From the NCBI GenBank assembly GCA_963643445.1, contig CAVIJO010000002.1, positions 44,201 through 108,200 on the forward strand: DNA of 64,000 nucleotides, given 5' to 3'. The DNA is from Candidatus Methanomethylophilaceae archaeon (GTDB lineage: Archaea > Thermoplasmatota > Thermoplasmata > Methanomassiliicoccales > Methanomethylophilaceae). Below the pieces are notes generated by a model that was not told the DNA's origin, searched no databases, and saw only the letters and a program-made list of their open reading frames with translations. The position numbers and the translations under genes were made by a program. Below are positions 1 through 9,749 of the stretch, piece after piece. Positions within the stretch are counted from its first letter, which is position 1. Each line of letters begins with the position of its first letter.

Positions 1-74
1 AAGGGACGGAAAGAAAGCAGGAGCGGAACACCGACTACGGAATATAAATATTGGAAAACGGTTGGTGCGTGCAA

Positions 75-160
75 GCCGAGATAGCCAAGCCCGGTATGGC
101 GGTGGTCTCGAAAACCACTGGTCCTTGACCTCGGGAGTTCGAATCTCTCTCTCGGCGCCA
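75..160 (+). tRNA. tRNA-Ser(CGA)
   Basis: GCCGAGA/TCTCGGC acceptor stem, anticodon arm GTGGT-CT-CGA-AA-ACCAC, long variable arm, GTTCGAATC T-loop, encoded CCA; TATA-like TATAAATA at ~43-50. Confidence 0.95.
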
Positions 161-262
161 TCTTATTACCGCAGCCGTTCCCGCCCCGCCTCCCGCATCG
201 ACGGAAGACTCCCGGCGGAGATACCTGTTTATCCCTGTTCCCTTATCTCTCCGGAGGTATCC

Positions 263-574
263 ATGATAATAACCACGACGGAACGGATCCCCGGAAAGGA
301 ATACGAGATAATCGGAATCGCCCAGGGAAACACCATCCAGACCAAAAGCATCGGCCGCGACTTCACCCAAGGCCTCAGATCGCTGGCCGGAGGGGAGCTG
401 AAGTCGTACGTGGATATGGTCTCGAAGGCCCGCACCCTCGCCACCCAGAGAATGGTCGAGGATGCCGAGAAACAGGGAGCCGACGCAATCGTCATGATGA
501 GATATGCCTCCGCGGATGTGGCGGCAGGTGCGGCGGAGATCCTCGCATACGGGACCGCGGTCAGATTCGTCTGA
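263..574 (+). CDS. YbjQ/UPF0145 family protein
   Basis: MIITTTERIPGKEYEIIG...GGELKSY...A..RMVEDAEKQGADAIV...EILAYGTAV; GGAGGT SD upstream of ATG263. Confidence 0.9.
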   Translation: MIITTTERIPGKEYEIIGIAQGNTIQTKSIGRDFTQGLRSLAGGELKSYVDMVSKARTLATQRMVEDAEKQGADAIVMMRYASADVAAGAAEILAYGTAVRFV

Positions 575-610
575 CACAAACTTCTTCCACTGACACGCAG
601 AGGGCTGAAG

Positions 611-1237
611 ATGGCGAAAGAGGACCAGTACAGGAATCCGCAGGGAGACGAAGGCCGCGAGGTCATCAAGGAGATGAACGAACACCACCGTGAGCTCACC
701 GCATGGGGGCTCGAGAAGATCGGTTCGGTCGGGGATTTCAGTCCCAAGAGGATTCTGGACATCGGGTGCGGGGGAGGGAACTGCCTCCGTATGCTCGCCA
801 CCCGCTATCCGAATGCGCATGCAGACGGCATAGATATCTCCGAAGACGCCGTGAAGATGACCCTCGAACGCAACGCCGCATACCACAGCTGGGGAAAGAT
901 CGACGCACAGGTCGCCGGAGTCTCCGACCTGCCCTTCCCGGAGAAGAGTTTCGGTCTCATCACCGCCGTCGAGACGTATTTCTTCTGGCCCGACCTCGAG
1001 AAGGACATGGCGCATGCGGCATCCCGTCTGGAGGACGGAGGGGTGATGCTGATCGTCTCCGAACAGTATCCCGACGGGAACAACGATGCGGCGCTGAAGG
1101 AAAACTGCGAGAAATACCACATGAACATCGTCGCCAACGAGAAACTCTCCGGAATCATGGAGAAGGCGGGACTGAGGACCCGGACGTTCACCAATCCCGA
1201 CAGGAACTGGGTGGCGTTCGTCGGCAGGAAATGCTGA
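611..1237 (+). CDS. Class I SAM-dependent methyltransferase
   Basis: ILDIGCGGG motif I, GIDISE, LPFPEKSFGLITAVETYFFWPD. Confidence 0.88.
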   Translation: MAKEDQYRNPQGDEGREVIKEMNEHHRELTAWGLEKIGSVGDFSPKRILDIGCGGGNCLRMLATRYPNAHADGIDISEDAVKMTLERNAAYHSWGKIDAQVAGVSDLPFPEKSFGLITAVETYFFWPDLEKDMAHAASRLEDGGVMLIVSEQYPDGNNDAALKENCEKYHMNIVANEKLSGIMEKAGLRTRTFTNPDRNWVAFVGRKC

Positions 1238-1274
1238 GCAAGAGTATATAAACAACCCAATTAGTCCGGCGGTC

Positions 1275-1652
1275 ATGGGATTGTTCTCCAAGGACAGGAT
1301 CGAACTCGGAGACGGCGGACTGTCCGTCGAATCCGATTATTTCAGTTATGAAATCCCCTATTCGGAGATAAGAGACGTACATCTGAGGGATCCGTTCGAC
1401 TTCGAACTCGGCGACATGGTGGAAGGTTCCCGCAAAGTACTGAGCCAGTGCGGAAAATTCAGGAACAGGGAATACGGCCCCTACAGTCTTCTTTTCCACG
1501 TGACGTCCAAACTCTTCATCCTGCTGGATTTCGGAAAGGACGGCCACCTCGTGTTCAACCTGAAAGACATGGAAGGCACGAAGGACTTCTACAGGCACCT
1601 CAAAAACATTGTGAAGACCTCCCCGTCCGAACCTGTCCGCGATAGACTCTAA
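1275..1652 (+). CDS. Hypothetical protein, probable bacterial PH-domain fold
   Basis: 125-aa beta-rich ORF with IPYSEI..V and GKFRNREYGPY segments and a C-terminal helix. Confidence 0.55.
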   Translation: MGLFSKDRIELGDGGLSVESDYFSYEIPYSEIRDVHLRDPFDFELGDMVEGSRKVLSQCGKFRNREYGPYSLLFHVTSKLFILLDFGKDGHLVFNLKDMEGTKDFYRHLKNIVKTSPSEPVRDRL

Positions 1653-1678
1653 TAGTATGGTTGGATGTAGCATCCAAT

Positions 1679-2356
1679 ATGAGAACCGCTCAGGCCGAAG
1701 ACTACGTGAATGAAATTCTAGCCATGGCAGACGGCGGCAACCACGACGCCCAGTGCAGTATCGGCATAATGTACCTGAACGGAATATCCGTGGACAGGGA
1801 CGAGAAGAAAGGAATAGAATGGCTGAAGACAGCGGCGGAACACGGATCTGCGGAAGCCGCCAGCAAACTGGGTATTGCCCACTACTGCGGCATCGGCACC
1901 CCCGTCGACTATGCCGAAGCCCTGAAATGGTTCTGCACTGCGTCCGATATCGGACACGGTCCGTCCGATGTATATCTCGTATGGATGTACGCCCGCGGCC
2001 AGGGAACCTCCAGAAACGCCGCGGAGGCACTAAACCATTATTTCCGTGCGATAGCCTGCGCGGATGCAGGCGATGCGGCCACCCAGGGACATCTGGGCCG
2101 CGTATACATGATGGACGACAACGTATTCGGGAAGGACCCCGTGAAATCCGCCCATTACCTCAGACTCGCCGCTCTGCAGGACGATGCGGACTCCCAGTAC
2201 AGTCTCGGCCTCATGTATGCGGACGGATTCGGAGTAGAGCGCTCCGTCCCGAAGGCACGGATGTGGCTCGGAAGATCTCTCGCCAACGGCAAAACGGAAG
2301 CATCCGAAGCCCTGGAAAAACTCTCCGAACGCAAAGTGCCAGCAGATGTTTTTTAA
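1679..2356 (+). CDS. Sel1-repeat (TPR-like) protein
   Basis: Repeated AQ..LG.MY..G.GV..D...A..W...AA motifs; alternative TTG start at 1661. Confidence 0.9.
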   Translation: MRTAQAEDYVNEILAMADGGNHDAQCSIGIMYLNGISVDRDEKKGIEWLKTAAEHGSAEAASKLGIAHYCGIGTPVDYAEALKWFCTASDIGHGPSDVYLVWMYARGQGTSRNAAEALNHYFRAIACADAGDAATQGHLGRVYMMDDNVFGKDPVKSAHYLRLAALQDDADSQYSLGLMYADGFGVERSVPKARMWLGRSLANGKTEASEALEKLSERKVPADVF

Positions 2357-3030
2357 AGCGGCACCAGCACCCCGCCGCCGTATCTCCTGCAGGGAACCGA
2401 CGGGCCTCCGCGGAAAGGCATGACCCTGCGTATGGCATCCCCCGACAGAAGATTGTCTCTGCATTCGGCCTCGCCGCAGTCGTCGGGAGTCAGCAGAAGA
2501 CTCTTCCCGTCCGCACTCACCCGGACAGAATAACGTCCGGTGCGGAATTCCGAGGACAAAAGACCGTCGGGTGTGTTCCTCACGGTCGGACACGTCTCCC
2601 TCCCGAGCTGTACGTCCATCTTTTCCGTCAGGGCCTCTATCCTCCTCTCATACTCCTCCGCCGTCCTTTCGTAGATTTCCTTGGGGACCGCCTGCATCTC
2701 CGCAATCGCAGCGGCCGCCTCATTCCTGCATGTGTTCCAGAGGACCTCTGCAATCTCCTTCTTCTGATCCATGCAGAGTTCCATGAAAAATGACGCATCT
2801 ATCTTTCTGATAGCCCTTGCGAAGTAGTTCCCCATCCCGTAAGGATTCATTCTCAGAGAACAGAACCACGTCTCCCCGGGAGAAATGACGCCTTCGCTGG
2901 CCCTGTCGCGGAGAACGGCCACCCCCTTGTAGCGGCCGGAAACGTTTCCCATCCGATCGACAGCGAAGGAGACCGCAGCCACTGTGTCGAAATGTGCCAG
3001 ATACGGATCCCGGGGCGGTTCGGATCTCAT
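2353..3030 (-). CDS. Hypothetical protein
   Basis: 225-aa ORF; ATG overlaps the NYN gene stop (ATGA); no family recognised. Confidence 0.6.
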   Translation of the reverse strand: MRSEPPRDPYLAHFDTVAAVSFAVDRMGNVSGRYKGVAVLRDRASEGVISPGETWFCSLRMNPYGMGNYFARAIRKIDASFFMELCMDQKKEIAEVLWNTCRNEAAAAIAEMQAVPKEIYERTAEEYERRIEALTEKMDVQLGRETCPTVRNTPDGLLSSEFRTGRYSVRVSADGKSLLLTPDDCGEAECRDNLLSGDAIRRVMPFRGGPSVPCRRYGGGVLVPL

Positions 3031-3590
3031 GCCTCCTCACCTGCCGGGTCCGCCTGCGTCCTGTGCGCAGGCATGATGACGGGCAGGGAATCGAGCTCGC
3101 GGAACAGATCTCCCGCACGGATCACGGACTGACTGACGGACGACCTGAAGGCCGCCACCTCCACCCTCTTCCCGGCGGACTGCACATGTTCTATCGCAGG
3201 GATGAAGTCCCTGTCCCCGGAGACAATAAGGGCGGTGTCGAAGTGATCCATGAGCGCATGGGTGACCATGTCGCAGGCCAGACATACGTCGACCTCCTTC
3301 TGGACGTTTCTGTTCGGATCGCACGATTCCCTCACGACAACTCTGAATCCCAAATACTCCAGTCTGTCGCGGAGCCGTTTCGAGGGATCCTCGTATCCGT
3401 AAGGCATCCTCGCATCGTAGACGTAGGCCGCTACGAGATTCCTGTTTCCGGCGAGTCCGTTTACCAAGCCGCACAGGTCGACGGTGGCGTTTCCGCCGTC
3501 GCCTACGGCATCCGATGATCCGCTGAGCACATTGCGCAGGTCGATGAAAGCCATCAGCCTGTCTTTTCCGCATCCGGTAGTCAGAGACAT
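3027..3590 (-). CDS. NYN-domain (LabA/PIN-like) ribonuclease
   Basis: AFIDLRN, QKEVDV, SGDRDF motifs and GKRVEV. Confidence 0.88.
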   Translation of the reverse strand: MSLTTGCGKDRLMAFIDLRNVLSGSSDAVGDGGNATVDLCGLVNGLAGNRNLVAAYVYDARMPYGYEDPSKRLRDRLEYLGFRVVVRESCDPNRNVQKEVDVCLACDMVTHALMDHFDTALIVSGDRDFIPAIEHVQSAGKRVEVAAFRSSVSQSVIRAGDLFRELDSLPVIMPAHRTQADPAGEEA

Positions 3591-3641
3591 ACTCTGAAGG
3601 ACCTACCGGATGCATATAAAGCACGGATACTACATGCAGTA

Positions 3642-4877
3642 TTACTGTTTCTCACGGGCCTCCGAAGGGATATTGAAACCCTTCAGGTCCATGCCGCGCT
3701 TCACGAACACCGCCCACAGGGCGATGTAGATGACCGTTGACATGGCGATCAGCGCCGCGATTCCGAAGACATAATCCTTCCACGGAAGGGTGGAGAGGAT
3801 CATTCCCGCGCATCCGATCATGAAGAACACGAAATTGGAGAGGGACGAGACCGCACCGCTGTCCCCGTCATGGCTCGCCATCAATATGCCGAGTCCCCAC
3901 GGGCGCACCGTCATGGTCGAGAACATGCAGATCGCGAAGCAGATGAAGAATGCATACCATCCGACATCTCCGACGAGAAACATGGAGACTGTACTCACGG
4001 CGCTGATGGCCGGGAACAGCAGCACCTTGCGGCGGCTGGGAGTGTTCTTGGTGAGTTTGTTGATGATGATCATCGCCACCGTGCCAATTATCAGCGTTGC
4101 GGCGAGAAGGACGGAATAGACCGTCTGTCCCAGACCGAACATATCCTCGTAGATGTAGGACGAGACCGAGAGATACGCCATGAACGGCATGTTGAACAGG
4201 CACGTCATTATGGCGAATATCAGGAAAGAAGGGGCTTGGCAGAGCTTCTTCATACCGCTCATGCTCTCGCGGATGCCTCCGGCGATCCTCTCCTCCTTCG
4301 GAAGAGTCTCATCAAGCAGCAGGGACAGGAAGAGACATATCAGAGATACGGCTGCGGGGGCGATAAAGGTGGATCTCCATCCCCACGCCGCAATCATCCC
4401 GGATCCGATGATGGGTGCCAGAAGGGGCCCGAGAACCCCGACGATGGCTACTATGTTGAGGACTTTCAGACGGGCAATTCCCTGATAGCAGTCTTTCACA
4501 AATGCGACCGAAAGGGTCATCGCCGCTCCGGCACCGATGGCCTGCAGAACCCTCAGGGCGATCAGAGTCTCGACACTGTGCACGAATGCACACAGAAGAG
4601 TTGTGACAGTATATTCCGCAAGGGAGAGGATAAGGGGCATCCTCCTCCCGTACTTGTCCGTGATCGGACCGAGGAGGAAGATGGCGATGGCCATAGCGAA
4701 CATGAATCCGTAGAGGATCATGTTCATGATCGCCGCCGTTGTTCCGAATTCCGTTACCATGTCCGGAAGCGCAGGAAGGAACATATCTGTAGATATGGGA
4801 CCGAACGCCCCCAGCAGTATGATCAAGACCAGGAATGATCCCGAGTTCAGACGCCGCTGACCGTTCATTGCCGACAT
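3642..4877 (-). CDS. MFS drug-resistance transporter, Bcr/CflA (DHA1) type
   Basis: TDMFLPALP, GPITDKYGRR motif A, LRVLQAIG, GPLLAPIIG; about 12 TM segments. Confidence 0.9.
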   Translation of the reverse strand: MSAMNGQRRLNSGSFLVLIILLGAFGPISTDMFLPALPDMVTEFGTTAAIMNMILYGFMFAMAIAIFLLGPITDKYGRRMPLILSLAEYTVTTLLCAFVHSVETLIALRVLQAIGAGAAMTLSVAFVKDCYQGIARLKVLNIVAIVGVLGPLLAPIIGSGMIAAWGWRSTFIAPAAVSLICLFLSLLLDETLPKEERIAGGIRESMSGMKKLCQAPSFLIFAIMTCLFNMPFMAYLSVSSYIYEDMFGLGQTVYSVLLAATLIIGTVAMIIINKLTKNTPSRRKVLLFPAISAVSTVSMFLVGDVGWYAFFICFAICMFSTMTVRPWGLGILMASHDGDSGAVSSLSNFVFFMIGCAGMILSTLPWKDYVFGIAALIAMSTVIYIALWAVFVKRGMDLKGFNIPSEAREKQ

Positions 4878-4926
4878 GCGGCAGGCGAAACTACACTTCT
4901 GTAAAAGGTTTTGTATTATACTCCGC

Positions 4927-5364
4927 TCAGAACGCACGAAGCAGTGCATCCATGACGTCGGCCAGATGCTCCAATGCATCATCCGCGTCTTTCATTGCGT
5001 TGACTCTTCCGGGCGTGCCTGCCTCCATCGCCTCGGATGCATTGTGCTTCTCGAGATATGCATCGTATGCGGCTATGCCCTTCCCCAATTCATCGGCTAC
5101 GAACGCATCCCCCGCATCCCTGCAGGATTCCGCACTCTTCCTCATGTCGCCGAATGTCTTGTTGCACATGCGGACGGCGGCCTCCCTCGAAGGGGTGCCC
5201 TCCTCAGTATCCAGCGCCTTTGCGACCGTGTTGCATGCAAGCGTCACCATCGTCGCTGCGGTGATCCTCACCACAGTGAAATCCTTGGACATGACGTGCT
5301 CCTTCTTTCCGTCGTTCTCTCCCGACATACTGTCTCCTCCTGCCGACATTTCCGAACAAGTCAA
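4927..5364 (-). CDS. Hypothetical alpha-helical protein
   Basis: Ala-rich ORF between the IMPase and MFS genes on the same strand; true start uncertain. Confidence 0.55.
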   Translation of the reverse strand: MTCSEMSAGGDSMSGENDGKKEHVMSKDFTVVRITAATMVTLACNTVAKALDTEEGTPSREAAVRMCNKTFGDMRKSAESCRDAGDAFVADELGKGIAAYDAYLEKHNASEAMEAGTPGRVNAMKDADDALEHLADVMDALLRAF

Positions 5365-6170
5365 TAAGACTGCCGTCCCAGATCGATCCCCGAAAGGATC
5401 TTCTCCCTGTAGGCCCCGGCCTCCTCCTCCGTACCCGCGAGCAGGAGGAACTTCGTCTTCTCCAGGATCTCCTCGTCCACATAGGCGCCTGCGACGCGGG
5501 CCATGAACAGCCCCGGCATGAAGTCCCAGATCTTGTTCACGAAACGGATATGTATGTCCGTCCTCCCCGATGCGATGTATGCGAAATCCACGCAGGCGGC
5601 ACCGAACATCCTGACGCGCGCCACCTCATCCTTCATGGCGCCGATGATCTCATAATGCAGATCCCTCCACACCTGTTTCTTCCTGGAAAAATCCCCCGTC
5701 GACACGACGGCCTTCTTCAGATCGGTATTCCTGCGGGGATGCACCGGAACCCCGTTGAGTTTCACTCCCCCGGCCTCGGTCGCCGTGAACATCTCGCCGC
5801 GGACGGGCAGGTATATGACGGACATGACAGGCTTCCTGTCCTCCATCAGGACGATCTGCGTCCCGAACATCGGGATGCCGTGTTCGAAGTTCAGGGTGCC
5901 GTCGATGGGATCGATAGCCCAGGTCCTGGCACATGTGAGGGAGTTCTCCCGTCCCTCCTCCGCGATGAAGAGGTCTCCCGGGAACTGCGCCGATATCGCA
6001 TCGATTATGCTCTTCTGTGCGGCCTCATCCGAAACGGTGACGAGATCATAGGAACCGACGGCATTGGTCTTCTCCTCGGACGGCCCCGCCCCGGAACCGA
6101 CGTACATGTCGCCCGCGGCACGGACGGCGGAGACCGCCGCCTCCAATTCACGGGAATACGGATCTTCCAT
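5361..6170 (-). CDS. Inositol monophosphatase family protein (paralogue 1)
   Basis: LVT..D, AEE, WAIDPIDGTLNF, RMFGAAC, WDF motifs. Confidence 0.9.
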   Translation of the reverse strand: MEDPYSRELEAAVSAVRAAGDMYVGSGAGPSEEKTNAVGSYDLVTVSDEAAQKSIIDAISAQFPGDLFIAEEGRENSLTCARTWAIDPIDGTLNFEHGIPMFGTQIVLMEDRKPVMSVIYLPVRGEMFTATEAGGVKLNGVPVHPRRNTDLKKAVVSTGDFSRKKQVWRDLHYEIIGAMKDEVARVRMFGAACVDFAYIASGRTDIHIRFVNKIWDFMPGLFMARVAGAYVDEEILEKTKFLLLAGTEEEAGAYREKILSGIDLGRQSY

Positions 6171-6203
6171 GACCCAAACAAGAAAAAACGGACATATACG
6201 TTT

Positions 6204-6872
6204 TCAGGCGAAGGGGATGATTCTGCGGAACACGGAGGTCGCACGGATCCCGGGGAACTCCTCCCCCGAACCGTCCCCGGCGAAATACCAGTGTCCGTAT
6301 CCGATCTCCCTCAGAACGGATTCCAGGATTTCCGCAGACTGCGGGATATCCGATCCCGGAGAATACCTTTTCCAGGATCTGGGACAGTCGCATGTCAGCA
6401 CGACGTCCACCTTCCCGCCGGCCTTCCGTACGTTGCCGCAGGCGACATTCGCATCCTCCCGCGACGGATCCTGCTCCGGCCACCAGTCCCAGTATCTGCC
6501 GGCATCCGTACGCCCCGGAACGGTCATCCCGCCCATTGTCAGCACCGTCCTCCCGCCGAGTCTGAAGACCTGCCCGCGGGTGAGATGAATCAGCCCTCTG
6601 GACACCGTATGGACGGTGCCTCCGTTCCACGGGAACGGGGGATAATCGCCTATGAGGTCGTAATCGTCGCCGGGGCCGTCGAGGAAAAGAACGGAACAGG
6701 GGAGAGACCTGTATTCCTCCGCAATGCGGCGTAGATCGGCGCGGGGTGCGAACACCCCGCTGTCCCCGAGAATGACCAGAAAGTCGTTCTTGGACATGGA
6801 TGCGACGGCCGGATCGGACTCCAGACCCGAAAGACCCAGAGGCCCGGAGAACCCGGCCGCCGCTGCGAACAT
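6204..6872 (-). CDS. Calcineurin-like metallophosphoesterase homologue with degenerate metal ligands
   Basis: NDFLVILGDSG, LFLDG, IHLTRGQV, MGG, WWPEQ.PS, KVDVVLT, HWYF pattern; start placed at ATG6872 just after the TerC stop. Confidence 0.7.
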   Translation of the reverse strand: MFAAAAGFSGPLGLSGLESDPAVASMSKNDFLVILGDSGVFAPRADLRRIAEEYRSLPCSVLFLDGPGDDYDLIGDYPPFPWNGGTVHTVSRGLIHLTRGQVFRLGGRTVLTMGGMTVPGRTDAGRYWDWWPEQDPSREDANVACGNVRKAGGKVDVVLTCDCPRSWKRYSPGSDIPQSAEILESVLREIGYGHWYFAGDGSGEEFPGIRATSVFRRIIPFA

Positions 6873-6873
6873 C

Positions 6874-7827
6874 TCACTGCTTCCCGTCGATCTCCCTGTA
6901 TTCGGAAGACCTCTTCTCCCTGCGGGTCGATAACACGGATGCGACAACCGTCACTGCGAGGACCGTGATTATGAAGGCGAGGGATACGACGACCGGGATC
7001 TCGCAGATATCGGCGGCCGTCAGGAACATCTTCGCACCGATGAACGCAAGAATGACTCCGAGCCCGTACTTGAGGAACTTGAGCGATCCGATGACGTCCT
7101 TTATGACGAAATAGAGGGACCTGAGGCCCATGACTGCAAAGATATTCGATGTATAGACAATGAATATGTCCGTGGAAATGGCTAGCGCCGCCGGAATCGA
7201 GTCGAACGCGAACATCAGATCGGAGAGCTCGATGACTATCAGGCAGAGGAACATCGGAGTCGCCAGACGCTTCCCGTTCTCCTTTATGAAGAACTTGGCT
7301 CCGTGCAGTTCGGGTGTCGAATTTATGCGCCTGCTGAGACGGTACGGAAGGGTCTCCTCCGGAGGCTTGTCCCCGCTCTTGGAGAGGGCGGTCTTGTAAG
7401 CGGTGTAAATGAGTATGGCGCCGAACACGTACATCATCCAGTCGAAGGCATGGAGCAGTTCCGCACCCGCCGCAATGAATACTGCGCGGAAGAATATGGC
7501 CCCCATTATGCCCCAGAACAGAACCCTGTGCTGGTCCTCTCCCGGGATCAGGAACGCCGCGAAGATGATGATGAAAACGAACAGGTTGTCCACGGACATG
7601 GACAGCTCTATCACGTATGCGGCATAGTAGGAGACGGCCAAATCCGAACCCAGTTCGAAGAAGATCAGCAGGCCGAACGCAAGGGCCACGGCTATGTATA
7701 CGACCACCATCTTGGCGGCTTTGCGCGTGTCGATGGTCTTCGCATCCTTGTCCACGACCGCCAGATCTATAATCATGATCGCAAGAAAAATGACTGCGAA
7801 GATGATCCAGAGGAAGGACTCACTCAT
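6874..7827 (-). CDS. TerC/Alx family membrane protein
   Basis: ELSMSVDNLFVF, QHRVLFWG, IELSDLMFAFDSIPA, TSNIFAVMGLRSLYF. Confidence 0.92.
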   Translation of the reverse strand: MSESFLWIIFAVIFLAIMIIDLAVVDKDAKTIDTRKAAKMVVVYIAVALAFGLLIFFELGSDLAVSYYAAYVIELSMSVDNLFVFIIIFAAFLIPGEDQHRVLFWGIMGAIFFRAVFIAAGAELLHAFDWMMYVFGAILIYTAYKTALSKSGDKPPEETLPYRLSRRINSTPELHGAKFFIKENGKRLATPMFLCLIVIELSDLMFAFDSIPAALAISTDIFIVYTSNIFAVMGLRSLYFVIKDVIGSLKFLKYGLGVILAFIGAKMFLTAADICEIPVVVSLAFIITVLAVTVVASVLSTRREKRSSEYREIDGKQ

Positions 7828-7874
7828 AGTATTCCGGATATACAGGACGGTTATAAATCATAAGGTCCGGCGTC

Positions 7875-9749
7875 TCATTCGGATTCCGGGCCGCCCAGAA
7901 CCTTCCATACGGTGAATATGTTCCTCCCGGCGAAGTACTTGTAATCCATGTAGGTGACCAAGTTTTTGATCATGTGGATCCCGAAACCGCCGATGGGCCA
8001 GTTGCCGACGTCTTCGTCGATCTCGATCTCGTCCCTGCTGATAGGGTTGAACGCATCCGCGCTATCGGCAAACGTCAGCTTCATCTCGTTCCTGCGGGCG
8101 CTGCAGTATACGGTGACCTCCCCGTCCGAATCTTCGTAGGCGTGGTCGCAGATGTTGACGAATATCTCCTCCGCAACAATCTCCATCTTGAGGATCTCCT
8201 TCTCGGGAAAACCGTGTCCCGTCAGCACCTCCTCTATGAACGCATTGACCTTTCCGAGTTCCTCCGCCTTCCCGGGGACGGTGAGACTGCGGTAGTCCGG
8301 ACGGCGGACAATGAAACACAGCATCGTTATATCGTCCGACTGCGGCTGCTTCCCCGCAAACTCCCTCACGGCACTGCGGACGTTCTTCACGATGCCTTCC
8401 GCATCCTCTCCCGCAGAAGCGTCGAGGGTCTTCTCGAGGCGCTCTCTTCCGAACTGCTCCCCCCCGGCGTTGAAAGCCTCGTTCACCCCGTCGGTATAGC
8501 AGAAGAACGTATCCGTGTCGGATACCGAGACGGTATCGGTCTTGTAACGGACGGCTTCATTCACCCCGATCATCAGCCCCTTCTTCACGGGGAGTTTCCC
8601 GAACTTCCCGTCGGAATGCCTGACGTACGGCGGAGGGTGCCCGGCATTGGCGTACTGCAGGGTCCCGGTGTCGGAATCGTATACGCCCATCCATACGGTG
8701 ACGAACTGCTCCGCGGCGTTTCTGGCACATACCTCCCTGTTCACTGCGGAGAGGATGCGCCCGGGGTCGTTGTGGAGCATCGATGCCGCCCTTATGGACC
8801 CCATGACCCCCATCATCATCAGCGAGGCGGGAAGACCCTTGTCGGATACGTCGGCCGTGACGAACGCAGTGAGGTTCCTCCCGATGGAGAAGCAGTCGTA
8901 GAAATCGCCGGCCACCTCCGCGGCCGGCTCCATCATCCCGTAGATGTTCAGGGACCGGGTGATGGGGAATTCGGCGGGAAGAGCCGCCTGCTGTATGTCC
9001 TTCGCAAGACCCAGATCATGTTCTGTGCGCTTGGCGTTCTCCTGGGCCTCAATCAGGAGCACATACTTGTAATACAGAACGACCGCAAGACATCCGAACA
9101 AGAGGACGGCTGTACAGGACCACCCGTAGAGCATATGTGCATAGGGATCCCCGGCGATCCCCGCGTCGTCGAGCAGCGAAGGGATGCAGACCGCATACAC
9201 TGCAGCCACCGCCACAGGGACCAGATACCAGAGGAACCGGCTCTTCCCGAGGGTGCTCAGCAGGGCGGACAGCGCCCCTCCGACGAGCAGGAGGATGAGA
9301 TAGTACCACTGGAGATCGTAGTAATCCGGTATGACAAGTATGTGGACGAATATCGTAAATGCGGTCACGGCGGCGACATACAGGGGCCCGCTGCACATAC
9401 CCGTCAGCATGAGCCCGACGAAACCGCTCTGGAACAGCGTGCTGTCGTTGCTCCCCATGACACCGTTCAGGACCGACAGCCCCGTCATCAGCGCAAGGAA
9501 GGCGGCCTTGTAGTACCAACCGGAGAACCCGGGCTCCGTCAGCGCCCTGTACATGGGGCTGCGGAGTATGAGATACATGATCAGCACGGTGACGATGGTC
9601 CAGGCGACCCCGCTGCTCATGTAGTACGAGATCGCGTATGCGGGGTACTCCTGCATATCGAGATTATACGTCACGTACGCGGCGGCTGTGATCAGCAGCG
9701 TCGCGATGATAAATAGATTCTGCAGGGCAGATGCCAGTTTTCCGTCCAT
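7875..9749 (-). CDS. Membrane-bound SpoIIE/RsbU-type PP2C phosphatase fused to an RsbW-type HATPase kinase domain
   Basis: Multi-TM N-terminus; AGDFYD, ADVSDKG, NAGH, YTDGVNEA, DDIT; C-terminal EEIFVNICDHAY, DSADAFNP, GGFGIHMIK. Confidence 0.9.
   Translation of the reverse strand: MDGKLASALQNLFIIATLLITAAAYVTYNLDMQEYPAYAISYYMSSGVAWTIVTVLIMYLILRSPMYRALTEPGFSGWYYKAAFLALMTGLSVLNGVMGSNDSTLFQSGFVGLMLTGMCSGPLYVAAVTAFTIFVHILVIPDYYDLQWYYLILLLVGGALSALLSTLGKSRFLWYLVPVAVAAVYAVCIPSLLDDAGIAGDPYAHMLYGWSCTAVLLFGCLAVVLYYKYVLLIEAQENAKRTEHDLGLAKDIQQAALPAEFPITRSLNIYGMMEPAAEVAGDFYDCFSIGRNLTAFVTADVSDKGLPASLMMMGVMGSIRAASMLHNDPGRILSAVNREVCARNAAEQFVTVWMGVYDSDTGTLQYANAGHPPPYVRHSDGKFGKLPVKKGLMIGVNEAVRYKTDTVSVSDTDTFFCYTDGVNEAFNAGGEQFGRERLEKTLDASAGEDAEGIVKNVRSAVREFAGKQPQSDDITMLCFIVRRPDYRSLTVPGKAEELGKVNAFIEEVLTGHGFPEKEILKMEIVAEEIFVNICDHAYEDSDGEVTVYCSARRNEMKLTFADSADAFNPISRDEIEIDEDVGNWPIGGFGIHMIKNLVTYMDYKYFAGRNIFTVWKVLGGPESE

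Noticed and set aside
7828..7874. yybP-ykoY Mn riboswitch upstream of the TerC/Alx gene
   Set aside because: Only 47 nt of intergenic space, occupied by a TATA-like tract
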